A DNA stretch of 60,927 nucleotides from Candidatus Omnitrophota bacterium (GTDB taxonomy: Bacteria > Omnitrophota > Gorgyraeia > JAZDFF01), in assembly GCA_043808095.1 (NCBI GenBank), contig JAZDFF010000005.1, positions 1 to 60,927 of the forward strand, written 5' to 3'. A program made the translations under genes and the position numbers. The notes under the pieces are model-generated. The model made no database searches. It saw nothing but the letters and a program-made list of their open reading frames with translations, and had not been told where the DNA came from. Shown here one piece after another: positions 1 through 9,021 of the stretch. Numbering within the stretch: the first letter of the stretch is position 1; each line of letters starts with the position of its first letter.

Positions 1-184
1 TAATCAAAGAAATTACTGTCTATCCCTTTGACCCCACCAAAGACAAGCTACCTGAAAACCTGCCGGGTGTATTTAAAACAAAAATCCGAACTAAGCTGCT
101 GAAAGTCAAGATTGACCTTTACGCAATCCCCGATGTCACAGTGTATTGCGGAAATTCAGCAAAAAGTTCGGATTTTAAGAATAT

Positions 185-259
185 TGGCTGCCCCGCTTGG
201 ACTCGAACCAAGATACCGAGATCCAGAATCTCGTGTCCTGCCAGTTAGACGACAGGGCA
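185..259 (-). tRNA. tRNA-Gln (anticodon CUG), 3' CCA encoded
   Basis: Minus-strand cloverleaf folded by eye. Acceptor UGCCCUG/CGGGGCA (U1:A72, discriminator G73), anticodon loop UUCUGGA, T-arm CUUGG-UUCGAGU-CCAAG, terminal CCA. Confidence 0.85.
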
Positions 260-357
260 AGTGAAGAAATTATAACTTATTTAAGAAAAGATGTAAAGAG
301 GTATGAGCAAAAGGGGTAAATGGGTTTAACGGTTTAAGCGGATCGAACGATTTATCT

Positions 358-813
358 TTATAAATCCTCCACAAACTCAATCAGATTATTATCCGGATCA
401 TAAGCAAAACATATTTTCGTTTTGCCATCCGGTGCCTGAGTGGGTTCTGAAAGAAACCTCACCTCTAATCTTCTTAACCTTTTATATTCTTTGTCCAAAT
501 TTCCGACGGTAAATGAGATATGGTTATAGCCTTTTTGAGCGGATATCTTGGGCCTTTGCCAGCAATGCAGCTCAAAGACAGGCGCGCTTTTTTTAGGTTG
601 ATTCGGGCTACGTAACTTTACATAGGTTAATTTTATGCCTTTTGTATTTAAAACGGTCTCGGGGTATTGGCCTTTTAAGGTAAGGGCTTTGTCTACTTTT
701 AATCCCAGGGTATCACGGTAAAACCGCAAAGAGCGTCTTAGGTCTCCTACCACAATGCAGGCGTGTCTAAAATTTTTAATCATTCCTGTCGAGTTCGTAA
801 AAATGCCCGCCAA
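358..813 (-). CDS. VOC (glyoxalase/bleomycin-resistance/dioxygenase) family protein
   Basis: 151-aa ORF. N-terminal HACIVVGDLRRSLRFYRDTLGL and later NHISFTV...NLIEFVE are typical VOC beta-alpha-beta-beta-beta modules. Confidence 0.7.
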   Translation of the reverse strand: MAGIFTNSTGMIKNFRHACIVVGDLRRSLRFYRDTLGLKVDKALTLKGQYPETVLNTKGIKLTYVKLRSPNQPKKSAPVFELHCWQRPKISAQKGYNHISFTVGNLDKEYKRLRRLEVRFLSEPTQAPDGKTKICFAYDPDNNLIEFVEDL

Positions 814-881
814 GTTTTGCGGCGGGCAACTCTCAAACTTTTTTCGCCATTAAAGCATTGGCGAACTTTAAACTAAGATAC

Positions 882-1064
882 CTACCACCAATTCTCTCTA
901 AAATTCTCGTCCCATTTTTTCATTACCTGCCAGTCTTCTTTAATGCCCTCTGAAAAGCCCTTTGCAACTCCCTTGATGGTAGAGCATCCAGATATATTAA
1001 CCAGAAAGATAGCAAAAAATAAAATACTGCATATACGAAGAAACCACCCATTTTTAAAAATCAT
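882..1064 (-). CDS. small predicted lipoprotein (60 aa)
   Basis: Hydrophobic N-terminus followed by the lipobox-like ISGC. Its ATG overlaps the gltX stop as ATGA (1061-1064), which suggests translational coupling. Confidence 0.45.
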   Translation of the reverse strand: MIFKNGWFLRICSILFFAIFLVNISGCSTIKGVAKGFSEGIKEDWQVMKKWDENFRENWW

Positions 1065-2362
1065 TTTGTCTCCTCCTGATTATGCATAGCCGTTATTAGC
1101 CAATCTAATCTCTTTAAGACTTTATCTTTACCCAATAGGCAAACCACATCAAATATGCCCGGACCGATGGTCTTGCCGGTTAAGGCCGCCCGCAGCGGAT
1201 GGATAAGCTCACCTGCCTGGATATTCAGCTCGCCAACCATAGCCCGAAAATCATCCTCAACCGTCTTAATATCAAACGATGACAGATTTTTGAGGCGTTC
1301 TTTTAGGATACCAAACTCCCGAGATAAATCTTTTTTCTTAATAACCTCTTTGGCCTCGTCGGTAAAACTAATCTTTTTGACAAATAAAAAATCCGCCCAG
1401 TCCGGGAAATCCGCCAGGGTACTGAGCCGGCCCTGGAATAATTTTATCAGATTAAGAAGCCGGTTTCTATCAAAATCCTGTTTGATATATTTTTTCTTTA
1501 TCAAGGACGGCGAGATTAAATCCACTAAACGCTCGAGGTCTGCCTTTTTAATATACTGGCAGTTTATCCATTTAAATTTATCGATATCAAAACTGGCTGC
1601 GGTCTTATTGATATTACTAAGCGAAAAATTTTTGATTGCTGTTTCGATATCGATAATCTCCTGATTTGCCCCTGGCGACCAGCCCAAAAGTAAAAGGTAG
1701 TTTACCACTGCCTCGGGTAAAAACCCGAGTTTGCGATAGTCGCTTATGGCAGTGGCGCCGGTTCTCTTTGAAAGCCGGCCTCCGTCCTTATTTAAGATTA
1801 AGGGGATATGGGCGAAATTGGGCAGGGGTAAATCCAGGGCCTGATAGAGCATAACCTGCTTGGGGGTATTGGAGATATGGTCATCGCCTCTGATGACGTG
1901 GGTGATATTCATATTTGCATCGTCGACCACGCAGGCAAAATTATAAGTCGGGGTGCCGTCGGATTTTATGAGCACCTGGTCTTTGATGGTTGAGGCGTCA
2001 AATTGTATAGGCCCGTGTACCAAGTCTTCAATCCTTATCTGGCCGGGCTTAACCTTAAAGATGACGGCATCCTTATCCTTGTAAGCCAGGCCTTTTTCTA
2101 AGAGCTTATTGGCGAATTCTTTGTAAATGGTAAACCTCTGGCTCTGATAATAAACCTCATCCCAGGACATTCCCATCCACTTGAGGCTATCTAAGATCTC
2201 TGCAAGATACTCTTTTTTTGACCTTTTCTTGTCGGTATCTTCAATCCTTAAAATAAATTTGCCTTTATTGCCCCTGGCAAACAGCCAGTTAAAAAGCGCG
2301 GTGCGGCTTCCGCCGATATGTAAGAATCCCGTCGGACTGGGAGCGAATCTAACTACGGCCAT
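1061..2362 (-). CDS. gltX: glutamyl-tRNA synthetase
   Basis: RFAPSPTGFLHIGGSRTALFNW (HIGH motif) and LSKR (KMSKS-type) class I signatures. At 433 aa it is relatively short. Confidence 0.95.
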   Translation of the reverse strand: MAVVRFAPSPTGFLHIGGSRTALFNWLFARGNKGKFILRIEDTDKKRSKKEYLAEILDSLKWMGMSWDEVYYQSQRFTIYKEFANKLLEKGLAYKDKDAVIFKVKPGQIRIEDLVHGPIQFDASTIKDQVLIKSDGTPTYNFACVVDDANMNITHVIRGDDHISNTPKQVMLYQALDLPLPNFAHIPLILNKDGGRLSKRTGATAISDYRKLGFLPEAVVNYLLLLGWSPGANQEIIDIETAIKNFSLSNINKTAASFDIDKFKWINCQYIKKADLERLVDLISPSLIKKKYIKQDFDRNRLLNLIKLFQGRLSTLADFPDWADFLFVKKISFTDEAKEVIKKKDLSREFGILKERLKNLSSFDIKTVEDDFRAMVGELNIQAGELIHPLRAALTGKTIGPGIFDVVCLLGKDKVLKRLDWLITAMHNQEETK

Positions 2363-2891
2363 ATTTAAATCCTTTTTCTAGGGCTTTTTTATTAATCTTA
2401 ACCAATTCTTCTTTCTTTGTAGTTTTTGCCAAATCCCGGATAACCTTAAAAACGCTATCTAAAGAAACGACTCTTTTTCTCGCCAAGTACGCACCTATGG
2501 CCACCATATTGGCTACTTTAATATTACCCAATTGCGCGGCAATGTCATTACAGGAGATTTTTACTCCCTTAAAACCGCGGCCTGTATTTTTCCCCTTGAT
2601 TAAAGAACTATTTAGAACGAGTAGGCCGTCTTTCTTTAAGCGACACAGGTATTTTCTTAAGGAGGGCTCGTTCATGGCAATAAGCGTGTCACAGGTATCT
2701 ATAAAAGGCGATGGGATTTCATTATCCGAGACGATTAACATACAGTGTGCTGCCCCCCCGCGCACCTCTGCGCCGTAAGAAGGAAGCCAGGTAATTGTTT
2801 TACCGGCATCCACTGCTGCCTGGGCCAGGATTTTAGCCATGAGCATTATGCCTTGCCCGCCGGCTCCGGCGAAGATTATTTTCTCGGTCAT
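2349..2891 (-). CDS. 2-oxoacid:ferredoxin oxidoreductase, gamma subunit
   Basis: IIFAGAGGQGIMLMAKILAQAA...YGAEVRGG is typical of the gamma/catalytic-domain subunit. Last gene of the delta-alpha-beta-gamma cluster. Confidence 0.85.
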   Translation of the reverse strand: MTEKIIFAGAGGQGIMLMAKILAQAAVDAGKTITWLPSYGAEVRGGAAHCMLIVSDNEIPSPFIDTCDTLIAMNEPSLRKYLCRLKKDGLLVLNSSLIKGKNTGRGFKGVKISCNDIAAQLGNIKVANMVAIGAYLARKRVVSLDSVFKVIRDLAKTTKKEELVKINKKALEKGFKYGRS

Positions 2892-3104
2892 TTTACGAGC
2901 ACATAACTTAGCGAACGAAGTGAAGCTAAGTTATTAGTGCGAGTTAAACCCCCACACCAATTTTTGAAAATGTACGGGGTTTCTGTTATAAGGTTAATTT
3001 TATAATCAAAACTAATTCTATACCTCCAGCCCAATTACAAAAATTGGTGTAGGGGTAAAATTCGGCCAACAAGTTACGTCGTTAACACTCCGTAACTTTG
3101 GGCC
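2892..3104. repeat. 213-bp structured spacer between the oxidoreductase beta and gamma cistrons
   Basis: Hairpin ataacttagc...gctaagttat. An 18-bp inverted repeat with one mismatch, cccccacaccaatttttg (2949-2966) / caaaaattggtgtagggg (3038-3055), separated by ~70 nt. Third hairpin aagttacg...cgtaactt. Confidence 0.7.
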
Positions 3105-3836
3105 TCATTTTATTCTTCCCAGCGGAAACTCCTTCACCAGGTGTTCGTCTATCCATCTCATTGCATCCGTTGGATTTTTATTCCAGTATGTAGGGCAGCT
3201 GGATAAAACCTCTACCATTGCAAAACCCTTGTTTTCTATTTGACAAGTGAATGCCTCTTTTATCGCCTGCCTTGCCTCTCTGATCCTTTTAGCCGAAGTA
3301 ATGGTAACGCGGTTTAAATATTTTACCGAAGCAAGTGTGGCTAAAAGACCTAAGATATTTAAAGGAGGACCTTCTTTCTTTAAATCCCTGCCTGAAGGAG
3401 TAGTGGCGGTCTTCTGGTTTATCAAGGTTGTGGGCGCCATCTGGCCGCCGGTCATACCATAGACGGCATTATTAATAAAAATACAGGTAAGGTTTTCTCC
3501 GCGGTTTGCGGTGTGTATGGTTTCGGCAATTCCGATTGCAGCCAAGTCTCCGTCTCCCTGGTAGGTAAAGATGGTATTCTCGGGCCGCAGACGTTTCATC
3601 GCGGTTGCCACAGCCAGGGCCCGGCCATGGGCTGCCTCGCAACAATCAAAATCCCAGTAATCATAAGCAACAACCGCACAACCTACCGGACAAACAGCTA
3701 TAGTCTTATCTTGAATATCCAGTTCATCAATGACCTCACAGATTAATCTGTGGACAATCCCGTGGCCGCAGCCCGGGCAATAATGGGTCTTTACATTGCG
3801 TATTGATTTGGGACGAGAAAATATTTTTTTCATCAA
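3105..3836 (-). CDS. 2-oxoacid:ferredoxin oxidoreductase, beta (TPP-binding) subunit
   Basis: N-terminal CPGCGHG cysteine motif and GDGD...NN TPP-binding-type motif. Confidence 0.9.
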   Translation of the reverse strand: MMKKIFSRPKSIRNVKTHYCPGCGHGIVHRLICEVIDELDIQDKTIAVCPVGCAVVAYDYWDFDCCEAAHGRALAVATAMKRLRPENTIFTYQGDGDLAAIGIAETIHTANRGENLTCIFINNAVYGMTGGQMAPTTLINQKTATTPSGRDLKKEGPPLNILGLLATLASVKYLNRVTITSAKRIREARQAIKEAFTCQIENKGFAMVEVLSSCPTYWNKNPTDAMRWIDEHLVKEFPLGRIK

Positions 3837-3844
3837 AATTTCAT

Positions 3845-3891
3845 AATCCGCTATGTCCTGAGCGACCGAAGGGAGTCGAAGGGTTAACTCG
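3845..3891. repeat. GC-rich REP-like element (FDKLR/VRPELVEG-type family)
   Basis: cctgagcgaccgaagggagtcgaaggg. Shares the exact 16-mer gcgaccgaagggagtc (3860-3875) with 18332-18347 inside pheT. Confidence 0.7.
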
Positions 3892-4977
3892 TTAACCCGT
3901 CAACCCGACAACTTTCTTTATAATCTCTTCTTGCGTAGGAATTCCTCCGCCTGCCCTGCCAAGAAATTCTATCTTGGCTTTGCCGTTTACTGCCAATTTA
4001 ACATCTTCGACCATCTGGCCGCAGGACATCTCAATGACTAATATGGTTAATAGTTTATGGTTAATGATTAATGGTTTAAATACCTTATTAGGGAAAGGCC
4101 AGAGGGTTATCGGCCGGATGAACCCGATTTTTTTGCCTTTTTTTCTTAACTCTATTACCGCTGCCTTGGCAATACGGCTCATCATTCCGTAACTTACTAA
4201 AATAATTTCACTCTCGTCTAAAAATAAGCCTTCGTAGCGCTGTTCATCTTTCGTGATTCCTGTGTATTTATTCTGTAACCCGATATTTATCTCTTCTAAT
4301 TTTCCCTCGGCCAAATACAGCGAGCGGATGATGCGGGGTTTTCTATTTTTTGCCCCGGTCAGCGCCCACTTTTTTCCGTTCCTCGTCTCTCGTCCCTCGC
4401 CTGCCCTACGAAGCTTTAGCGTAGTAGAGTCTCTCATTTTGATTGGTTCCATCATTTGTCCCAGCATGCCGTCCCCTAAAATAATCACCGGCATGCGGTA
4501 TTTATCCGCCAGATCAAATGATAGCCTGGTCAAATCAAAGGCCTCCTGGACCGTTGAAGGAGCCAGGACAATACAATGATAGTCGCCGTGGCCGCCGCCT
4601 TTTGTCGCCTGGAAATAATCTGATTGAGCAGGCGAGATATTACCAAGGCCTGGGCCACCGCGCATAATATTAACTATCACTGCCGGCAATTCACAGCCTG
4701 CTAAGTAAGAAATCCCTTCCTGCTTTAGACTTATGCCTGGACTTGAAGAACTGGTTATTGCCCGCGCACCTATTGCTGCTGCACCAAAAACCATATTTAT
4801 AGCGGCAAGTTCTGATTCTGCCTGAATAAATACGCCGCCTACCCCAGGCATGTGCGCTGCCATATAAGCAGGGATTTCATTCTGGGGAGTAATGGGGTAT
4901 CCCGCATAGAAACGGCAGCCGGCTTGAATTGCCGCCTCAGCAATCGCCTCATTTCCAGTAATAAGAATCTTCTTCAT
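3892..4977 (-). CDS. 2-oxoacid:ferredoxin oxidoreductase, alpha subunit
   Basis: MKKILITGNEAIAEAAIQAGCRFYAGYPITP... is the typical alpha-subunit N-terminus. 361 aa. Confidence 0.9.
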   Translation of the reverse strand: MKKILITGNEAIAEAAIQAGCRFYAGYPITPQNEIPAYMAAHMPGVGGVFIQAESELAAINMVFGAAAIGARAITSSSSPGISLKQEGISYLAGCELPAVIVNIMRGGPGLGNISPAQSDYFQATKGGGHGDYHCIVLAPSTVQEAFDLTRLSFDLADKYRMPVIILGDGMLGQMMEPIKMRDSTTLKLRRAGEGRETRNGKKWALTGAKNRKPRIIRSLYLAEGKLEEINIGLQNKYTGITKDEQRYEGLFLDESEIILVSYGMMSRIAKAAVIELRKKGKKIGFIRPITLWPFPNKVFKPLIINHKLLTILVIEMSCGQMVEDVKLAVNGKAKIEFLGRAGGGIPTQEEIIKKVVGLTG

Positions 4978-5114
4978 AAAAGTTACTATAGGTTAATATG
5001 GGTTACTACATAAACTTTGACAACTGTTTTGTTACTAAAGTTACATTTGTAACCTTAGTAACCATTAGTAACAAACATGTCAAATTTTGCTTTATTTTAG
5101 TAACCATGGTAACT
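4978..5114. repeat. word-hairpin element, GTAAC/GTTAC family
   Basis: Arms ttgacaactgttttgttactaaagttaca (5017-5045) and tgtaaccttagtaaccattagtaacaaacatgtcaa (5048-5083) are near reverse complements. The element fills the whole delta-alpha spacer. Confidence 0.8.
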
Positions 5115-5324
5115 TCATTTAAAAACTTCAATACACCCATCCGGGCAAATTATGGCGCAAAAGCAACAGCCAGTACATAATTTGCCCGGCCCTTTTTTAG
5201 GGGCTGCGGGTCTTATCCCGAGCTTATTAAAAATCGGGCTGATTTCAATTAATTTCTGCGGGCAGGATTCTATGCACAAAAAACAGCCCTTACAACGATC
5301 TTTCTCTATTTTTATCTTGGCCAT
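5115..5324 (-). CDS. 2-oxoacid:ferredoxin oxidoreductase, delta subunit (2x[4Fe-4S] ferredoxin)
   Basis: Two CxxCxxCxxxCP-type motifs (CKGCFLCIESCP, CTGCCFCAIICP) in 69 aa. Confidence 0.8.
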   Translation of the reverse strand: MAKIKIEKDRCKGCFLCIESCPQKLIEISPIFNKLGIRPAAPKKGPGKLCTGCCFCAIICPDGCIEVFK

Positions 5325-5378
5325 TATATTTTAGTGTTCTGTTAAGTAATTAAGGTATGGTTACACAGATAAAAAAGG

Positions 5379-5501
5379 GAATTGGTAAATTAGGAGATCG
5401 GGATTCGGTGATTAGGATATTTGGGGATTAGTAACAAAATCACTAATATCCCAATACCCTAATATCCAAAACCCAATACCCCAATCACCTAATTACCAAA
5501 T
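5379..5501. repeat. word-hairpin element, CCAAT/ATTGG family, nested in a CACAGAT outer repeat
   Basis: Left arm ggaattggtaaattaggagatcgggattcggtgattaggatatttggggattagt pairs with right arm actaatatcccaataccctaatatccaaaacccaataccccaatcacctaattacc. Outer pair ggttacacagat (~5360) / catctgtggatta (~5520). Confidence 0.8.
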
Positions 5502-5560
5502 TTTAAGTATCCTGCGCTCATCTGTGGATTATACAATCATTATTTATTTTATAATGCATT

Positions 5561-7465
5561 TTAAGGCTTGACTGCGGCGACCTTGTTCCTGATTTTGGCG
5601 GCGATTATCTTGGGACCGAGGCCGGAAATATTAAGGAGCTGTTCCCTTTTTCCATAAGTAATAAACTCATCGCCAAGGGCGAGGATATTTAAGGCCGCGG
5701 CATTCTCTTTTAAGCCTTCGTCCAAAGACATGGCCTCTAAAATGCCGCTGCCAAATCCACCCGCTAAAACCGATTCTTCCAGCGTAAATACTACATTGGT
5801 CTTTGAGAAAACCGCTCTTATTGTCTCTATATCCAAGGGTTTTATAAATCTGGCATCGACTACCGTCGAGCTTAATCCTTCCTCTCTAAACAATATGTCC
5901 GCAACTTTAACTGCCACATCTACCATGCCTCCTGTAGCAATGAGGCCGATGTCATGGCCTTCTCTTATAACCGAGGCCTTGCCCAATTCTATCTTTGGGC
6001 TTGGGCCTGTTTTTAATACTGGAATTTTTTTAGGGTAGCGCATGACGATCGGCCCGGAATTATAACTAATTGCAAACTCTAACATCATCTCCAGTTCTTC
6101 TTTATAACTGGGCGCCATGATTACCAGATCTGGTATATGCCTCAGATATGAGATATCAAACAGCCCGTGGTGAGTAGGCCCGTCTTCGCCCAGTCCCGCC
6201 CGGTCAAGGGCCAGGACGCAATTGGCCTTCTGTAAAGCCAGCTCCTCTACTATCTGATCATAGGCGCGCTGTAAGAATGTTGAATATATTGCCACCACCG
6301 GCTTAAGCCCTTCTCGCGCAAGGCCGCTTGCCATGGCCACGGCGTGAGCCTCGGCAATACCTACATCAAAAAATCTATCCGGGTAGCTATCTCTAAAATT
6401 ACACAAACCCGTTCCTTCTGCCATAGCCGCAGTAATTGTGACAATGCGCTTATTTTCTTTGGCTAACTCCACTAACTTTTGCCCGAACACAGTCGAGGCG
6501 CTTACCAACGTTTCTGCGCCGGCTCTTTGCTTAGGCTTACCGTTCTCGATTTCAAAAGGCGCGGTACTGTGGAAACCCACGGGATTTTTTTCAGCAAACT
6601 CATAGCCCTTGCCTTTTTGGGTGACTACATGAAGGAGGACCGGGCCTTTTAAATCAATAATATTTTTTAAGGTGTGCGTTACTAACTCAAGGTTATGCCC
6701 ATCAAGCGGGCCGAAATAACGAAAGCCGAGTTCTTCAAAAAATATACCCGGTACGATGAGGTTTTTAAGGCCTTCCTCAAAACGCCTGGCTGCCTCTTTG
6801 GCCAGTTTTCCTAAGCGAGGCGCCTTTTTCGTGAATACATCTAATTCCTCGCTGATGCGCACTCTTAGGCGGTTATAGATGGGCGCTGAGATTATTTTAT
6901 TAAGATAATTGCTTAATGCCCCTACGCTGGGAGAGATTGCCATATCATTAGAATTTAAAATTACCAGGATATCTTTTTTAAGATGCCCGGCGTGATTTAA
7001 GGCCTCAAAGCAAAGCCCTCCGGTTAATGAGCCGTCTCCGATAACTGCCACGACCTTATTTTTTTTATTATTAAGGTCGCGGGCAATTACCTCGCCCAAT
7101 GCCAATGAGACCGCAGTAGAGCTATGGCCGGTGCTAAAGGGGTCATAAACCGACTCGTCTTTATTGGGGAAACCGCTTATACCTTTAAATTGCCGCAGGC
7201 TCTGGAAGTTTTTGTTTCTTCCGGTAATAATTTTATGGGCGTAGGCCTGATGGCCGACATCCCAGATTATTATATCTTGGGGGGTATTTAAACAGTAGTG
7301 GAGGCTTACGACTAATTCTACTGCACCTAAACTCGAGGCGAGATGTCCGCCGGTACAAGAGACAACCTGAATTATCTTTTCTCTTATCTCTTGACAGAGT
7401 ATCCCAAGCTGTTTGAGGTTTAACGTTTTTAAATCTTTGGGGCTTTCTATTTTTCCAAGCAACAT
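5561..7465 (-). CDS. dxs: 1-deoxy-D-xylulose-5-phosphate synthase
   Basis: 634 aa. GGHLASSLGAVELVVSLHY and GDGSLTGG (TPP motif) are typical of DXS. Confidence 0.95.
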   Translation of the reverse strand: MLLGKIESPKDLKTLNLKQLGILCQEIREKIIQVVSCTGGHLASSLGAVELVVSLHYCLNTPQDIIIWDVGHQAYAHKIITGRNKNFQSLRQFKGISGFPNKDESVYDPFSTGHSSTAVSLALGEVIARDLNNKKNKVVAVIGDGSLTGGLCFEALNHAGHLKKDILVILNSNDMAISPSVGALSNYLNKIISAPIYNRLRVRISEELDVFTKKAPRLGKLAKEAARRFEEGLKNLIVPGIFFEELGFRYFGPLDGHNLELVTHTLKNIIDLKGPVLLHVVTQKGKGYEFAEKNPVGFHSTAPFEIENGKPKQRAGAETLVSASTVFGQKLVELAKENKRIVTITAAMAEGTGLCNFRDSYPDRFFDVGIAEAHAVAMASGLAREGLKPVVAIYSTFLQRAYDQIVEELALQKANCVLALDRAGLGEDGPTHHGLFDISYLRHIPDLVIMAPSYKEELEMMLEFAISYNSGPIVMRYPKKIPVLKTGPSPKIELGKASVIREGHDIGLIATGGMVDVAVKVADILFREEGLSSTVVDARFIKPLDIETIRAVFSKTNVVFTLEESVLAGGFGSGILEAMSLDEGLKENAAALNILALGDEFITYGKREQLLNISGLGPKIIAAKIRNKVAAVKP

Positions 7466-7479
7466 AACTAAACCTAAGA

Positions 7480-7845
7480 TTATTCTTCGTCCTTAATCAG
7501 GCTTTGAACAATGGCCTCGATCCTGGTTTCGTCATTTTTCTTAAGACTCTTGAACTCGATGCCAGTATCAAATGTACCGTCTTTATCATCTTTTGTATCA
7601 GTATTTTTTACCACCCAGACAATCGTTCCATCACATTCAACTAATAGCTGGGAGTCTTTTAAGTCCATCTTTAATCTCACTTCTTCAAAGAGACCCAAAT
7701 TTTTGGGTAAGTTTACCGCAATGCCGCCACAACTGATATTTTCTGTCTTGGTTAAAAATTCCAAAAGATTTTGTTTCTTACGCACCCTGATATAGCAAGG
7801 ATAATTAATGCGAGGAAACCGCCGCCTATTTATTCCATCCCACAT
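7480..7845 (-). CDS. PilZ domain protein
   Basis: RRRFPRINYP...ISCGGIAV matches the PilZ RxxxR / (D/N)xSxxG motifs. Start trimmed to ATG 7845, which has a GGAGG 7 nt upstream. The longer track ORF (to 8019) runs through a repeat element. Confidence 0.7.
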   Translation of the reverse strand: MWDGINRRRFPRINYPCYIRVRKKQNLLEFLTKTENISCGGIAVNLPKNLGLFEEVRLKMDLKDSQLLVECDGTIVWVVKNTDTKDDKDGTFDTGIEFKSLKKNDETRIEAIVQSLIKDEE

Positions 7846-7885
7846 TTTAGCCTCCGTCTTTATTTTGTTTCTGCTAACTAATCCG

Positions 7886-8012
7886 ATTAAATGCGAAGCA
7901 CGAAATACGAATTTCGAAATCCTTCGACTCCGCTCTACTTCGACAGGCTCAGTATTCGTCCTGAGCGAGCTCGCCAGAGGCGAGCGAGTCGAAGGGTCGA
8001 TATTCGGATTTA
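7886..8012. repeat. GC-rich REP-like element (FDKLR/VRPELVEG-type family)
   Basis: Contains ttcgacaggctca (7939-7951 = 20263-20275) and gctcagtattcgtcctgag (7947-7965 = 20301-20319) as exact matches to the cluster near 20.3 kb. Confidence 0.85.
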
Positions 8013-8042
8013 TGTCCATTTTAAGTTGATAAAGCCTACTTA

Positions 8043-8825
8043 TTATGGACTGAGTTTCTCCTGTATCCTCTGTATGGAAATAGCCCTGCCTGTTTTATTA
8101 TCGATATCTATAACCACCCCTTGTAAGCGCAGGTCGCCAGTAGCCACCTCAAAACGCGTGGGCATACCAGTTAGGAATCTTTCAATAATCTCTTCTTTGC
8201 GCCGGCCAATCACTGAATCACAAGGACCAGCCATGCCCACATCAGTAATATAGGCGGTACCGCCAGAAAGTATATGTTCATCTGCGGTGGGGACATGGGT
8301 ATGTGTGCCCAAAACAGCAGAAACCTCCCCGTCCAAAAAATAACCTAAGGCAATTTTCTCGCTTGTGGCCTCAGCATGCATATCAACTATAATAATAGGG
8401 GTAACTTTTTTTAAATCAGCGACTATTAATTTTGCCGTGCGGAAAGGACATTCTACGGCCTGCATAAACACCCGGCCCTGGAGATTAATTAAACCTATTT
8501 TTAGGTCATCCTTTTGAATAAGACAATGCCCCTTGCCTGGTACATTCGGGGCTAAATTAGCGGGTCTTAAAAGATAAGGGGTCACATCAATTATATCAAC
8601 GATCTCGGACCGTTTCCAGATATGGTCACCGCTGGTAATAGCATTTATCCCCAAATTAAATAGTTCGCTTACCACCTTAGCGGTAAGACCAGAGCCGCCA
8701 GCAGCATTTTCGGCATTGGCAATGACAAGATTAATTTGATGCTCTTCTTTTATCTTAGGTAAAAGTTTAGCCACAACCTCTCTGCCGGGTTTTCCCACTA
8801 TGTCGCCGATAAAAAGTATTTTCAT
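8043..8825 (-). CDS. YmdB-like metallophosphoesterase (TIGR00282-type)
   Basis: MKILFIGDIVGKPGR...NAENAAGG...GDH...HAE...GTHTHV metallophosphoesterase motifs. Directly downstream of rny, as in many bacteria. Start trimmed to ATG 8825. Confidence 0.85.
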   Translation of the reverse strand: MKILFIGDIVGKPGREVVAKLLPKIKEEHQINLVIANAENAAGGSGLTAKVVSELFNLGINAITSGDHIWKRSEIVDIIDVTPYLLRPANLAPNVPGKGHCLIQKDDLKIGLINLQGRVFMQAVECPFRTAKLIVADLKKVTPIIIVDMHAEATSEKIALGYFLDGEVSAVLGTHTHVPTADEHILSGGTAYITDVGMAGPCDSVIGRRKEEIIERFLTGMPTRFEVATGDLRLQGVVIDIDNKTGRAISIQRIQEKLSP

Positions 8826-9021
8826 ATGAACGCTAATTTTCGCTAATCCTCCGCCACAATTCTTTTGCACCACAAATATTGGCGCATCCGCCAATTATTA
8901 TGGCGGAGGCGGACCCGCCAATCTTTGTGGCGGGAACGCTAATATTCGCGAATAAAAATATTAGCGTGAATTCGCGTTCCCTGCCTACCGCAGGCAGGGA
9001 TTCGTGTGAATTCGCGTTAAA
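8826..9021. repeat. word-hairpin element, CGAAT/CGCTAAT family with GC hairpin core
   Basis: Words cgctaat, cgcgaat and ccgccaat and their complements. GC core ccctgcctaccgcaggcaggg (8979-8999). Confidence 0.75.

Noticed and set aside
1-184. A partial CDS or a terminator at the left edge of the window.
   Set aside because: There is no convincing ORF, since frame 1 opens after a stop and gives only 33 aa. The region contains nested inverted repeats (aaaatccgaact 81-92 / agttcggatttt 165-176, and cgcaat/attgcg). It is probably another spacer element downstream of tRNA-Gln, but it is truncated by the window edge.
1155-1664. Long antisense ORFs in the track that overlap well-supported genes, for example 1155-1664, 5730-6038, 9992-10387, 12950-13327, 19307-19855, 44139-44537 and 55829-56290.
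   Set aside because: Each lies entirely opposite a conserved housekeeping CDS. They have low-complexity, Ser/Leu/Arg-rich translations with no recognisable motifs, which is the typical shadow-ORF pattern.
4370-4440. A possible in-frame repeat insertion in the oxidoreductase alpha subunit (the RRAGEGRETRNGKK region, DNA ..cgtccctcgcctgccctacgaagctttagcgtag..).
   Set aside because: It shows only weak word-level resemblance to the repeat families, with no exact shared k-mer found. This region is naturally variable in the family, so the evidence is insufficient.
4998-5180. ORF 4998-5180 (VTKVTFVTLVTISN...).
   Set aside because: This is a translation of the GTAAC-word hairpin. It overlaps the ferredoxin-subunit gene on the opposite strand.
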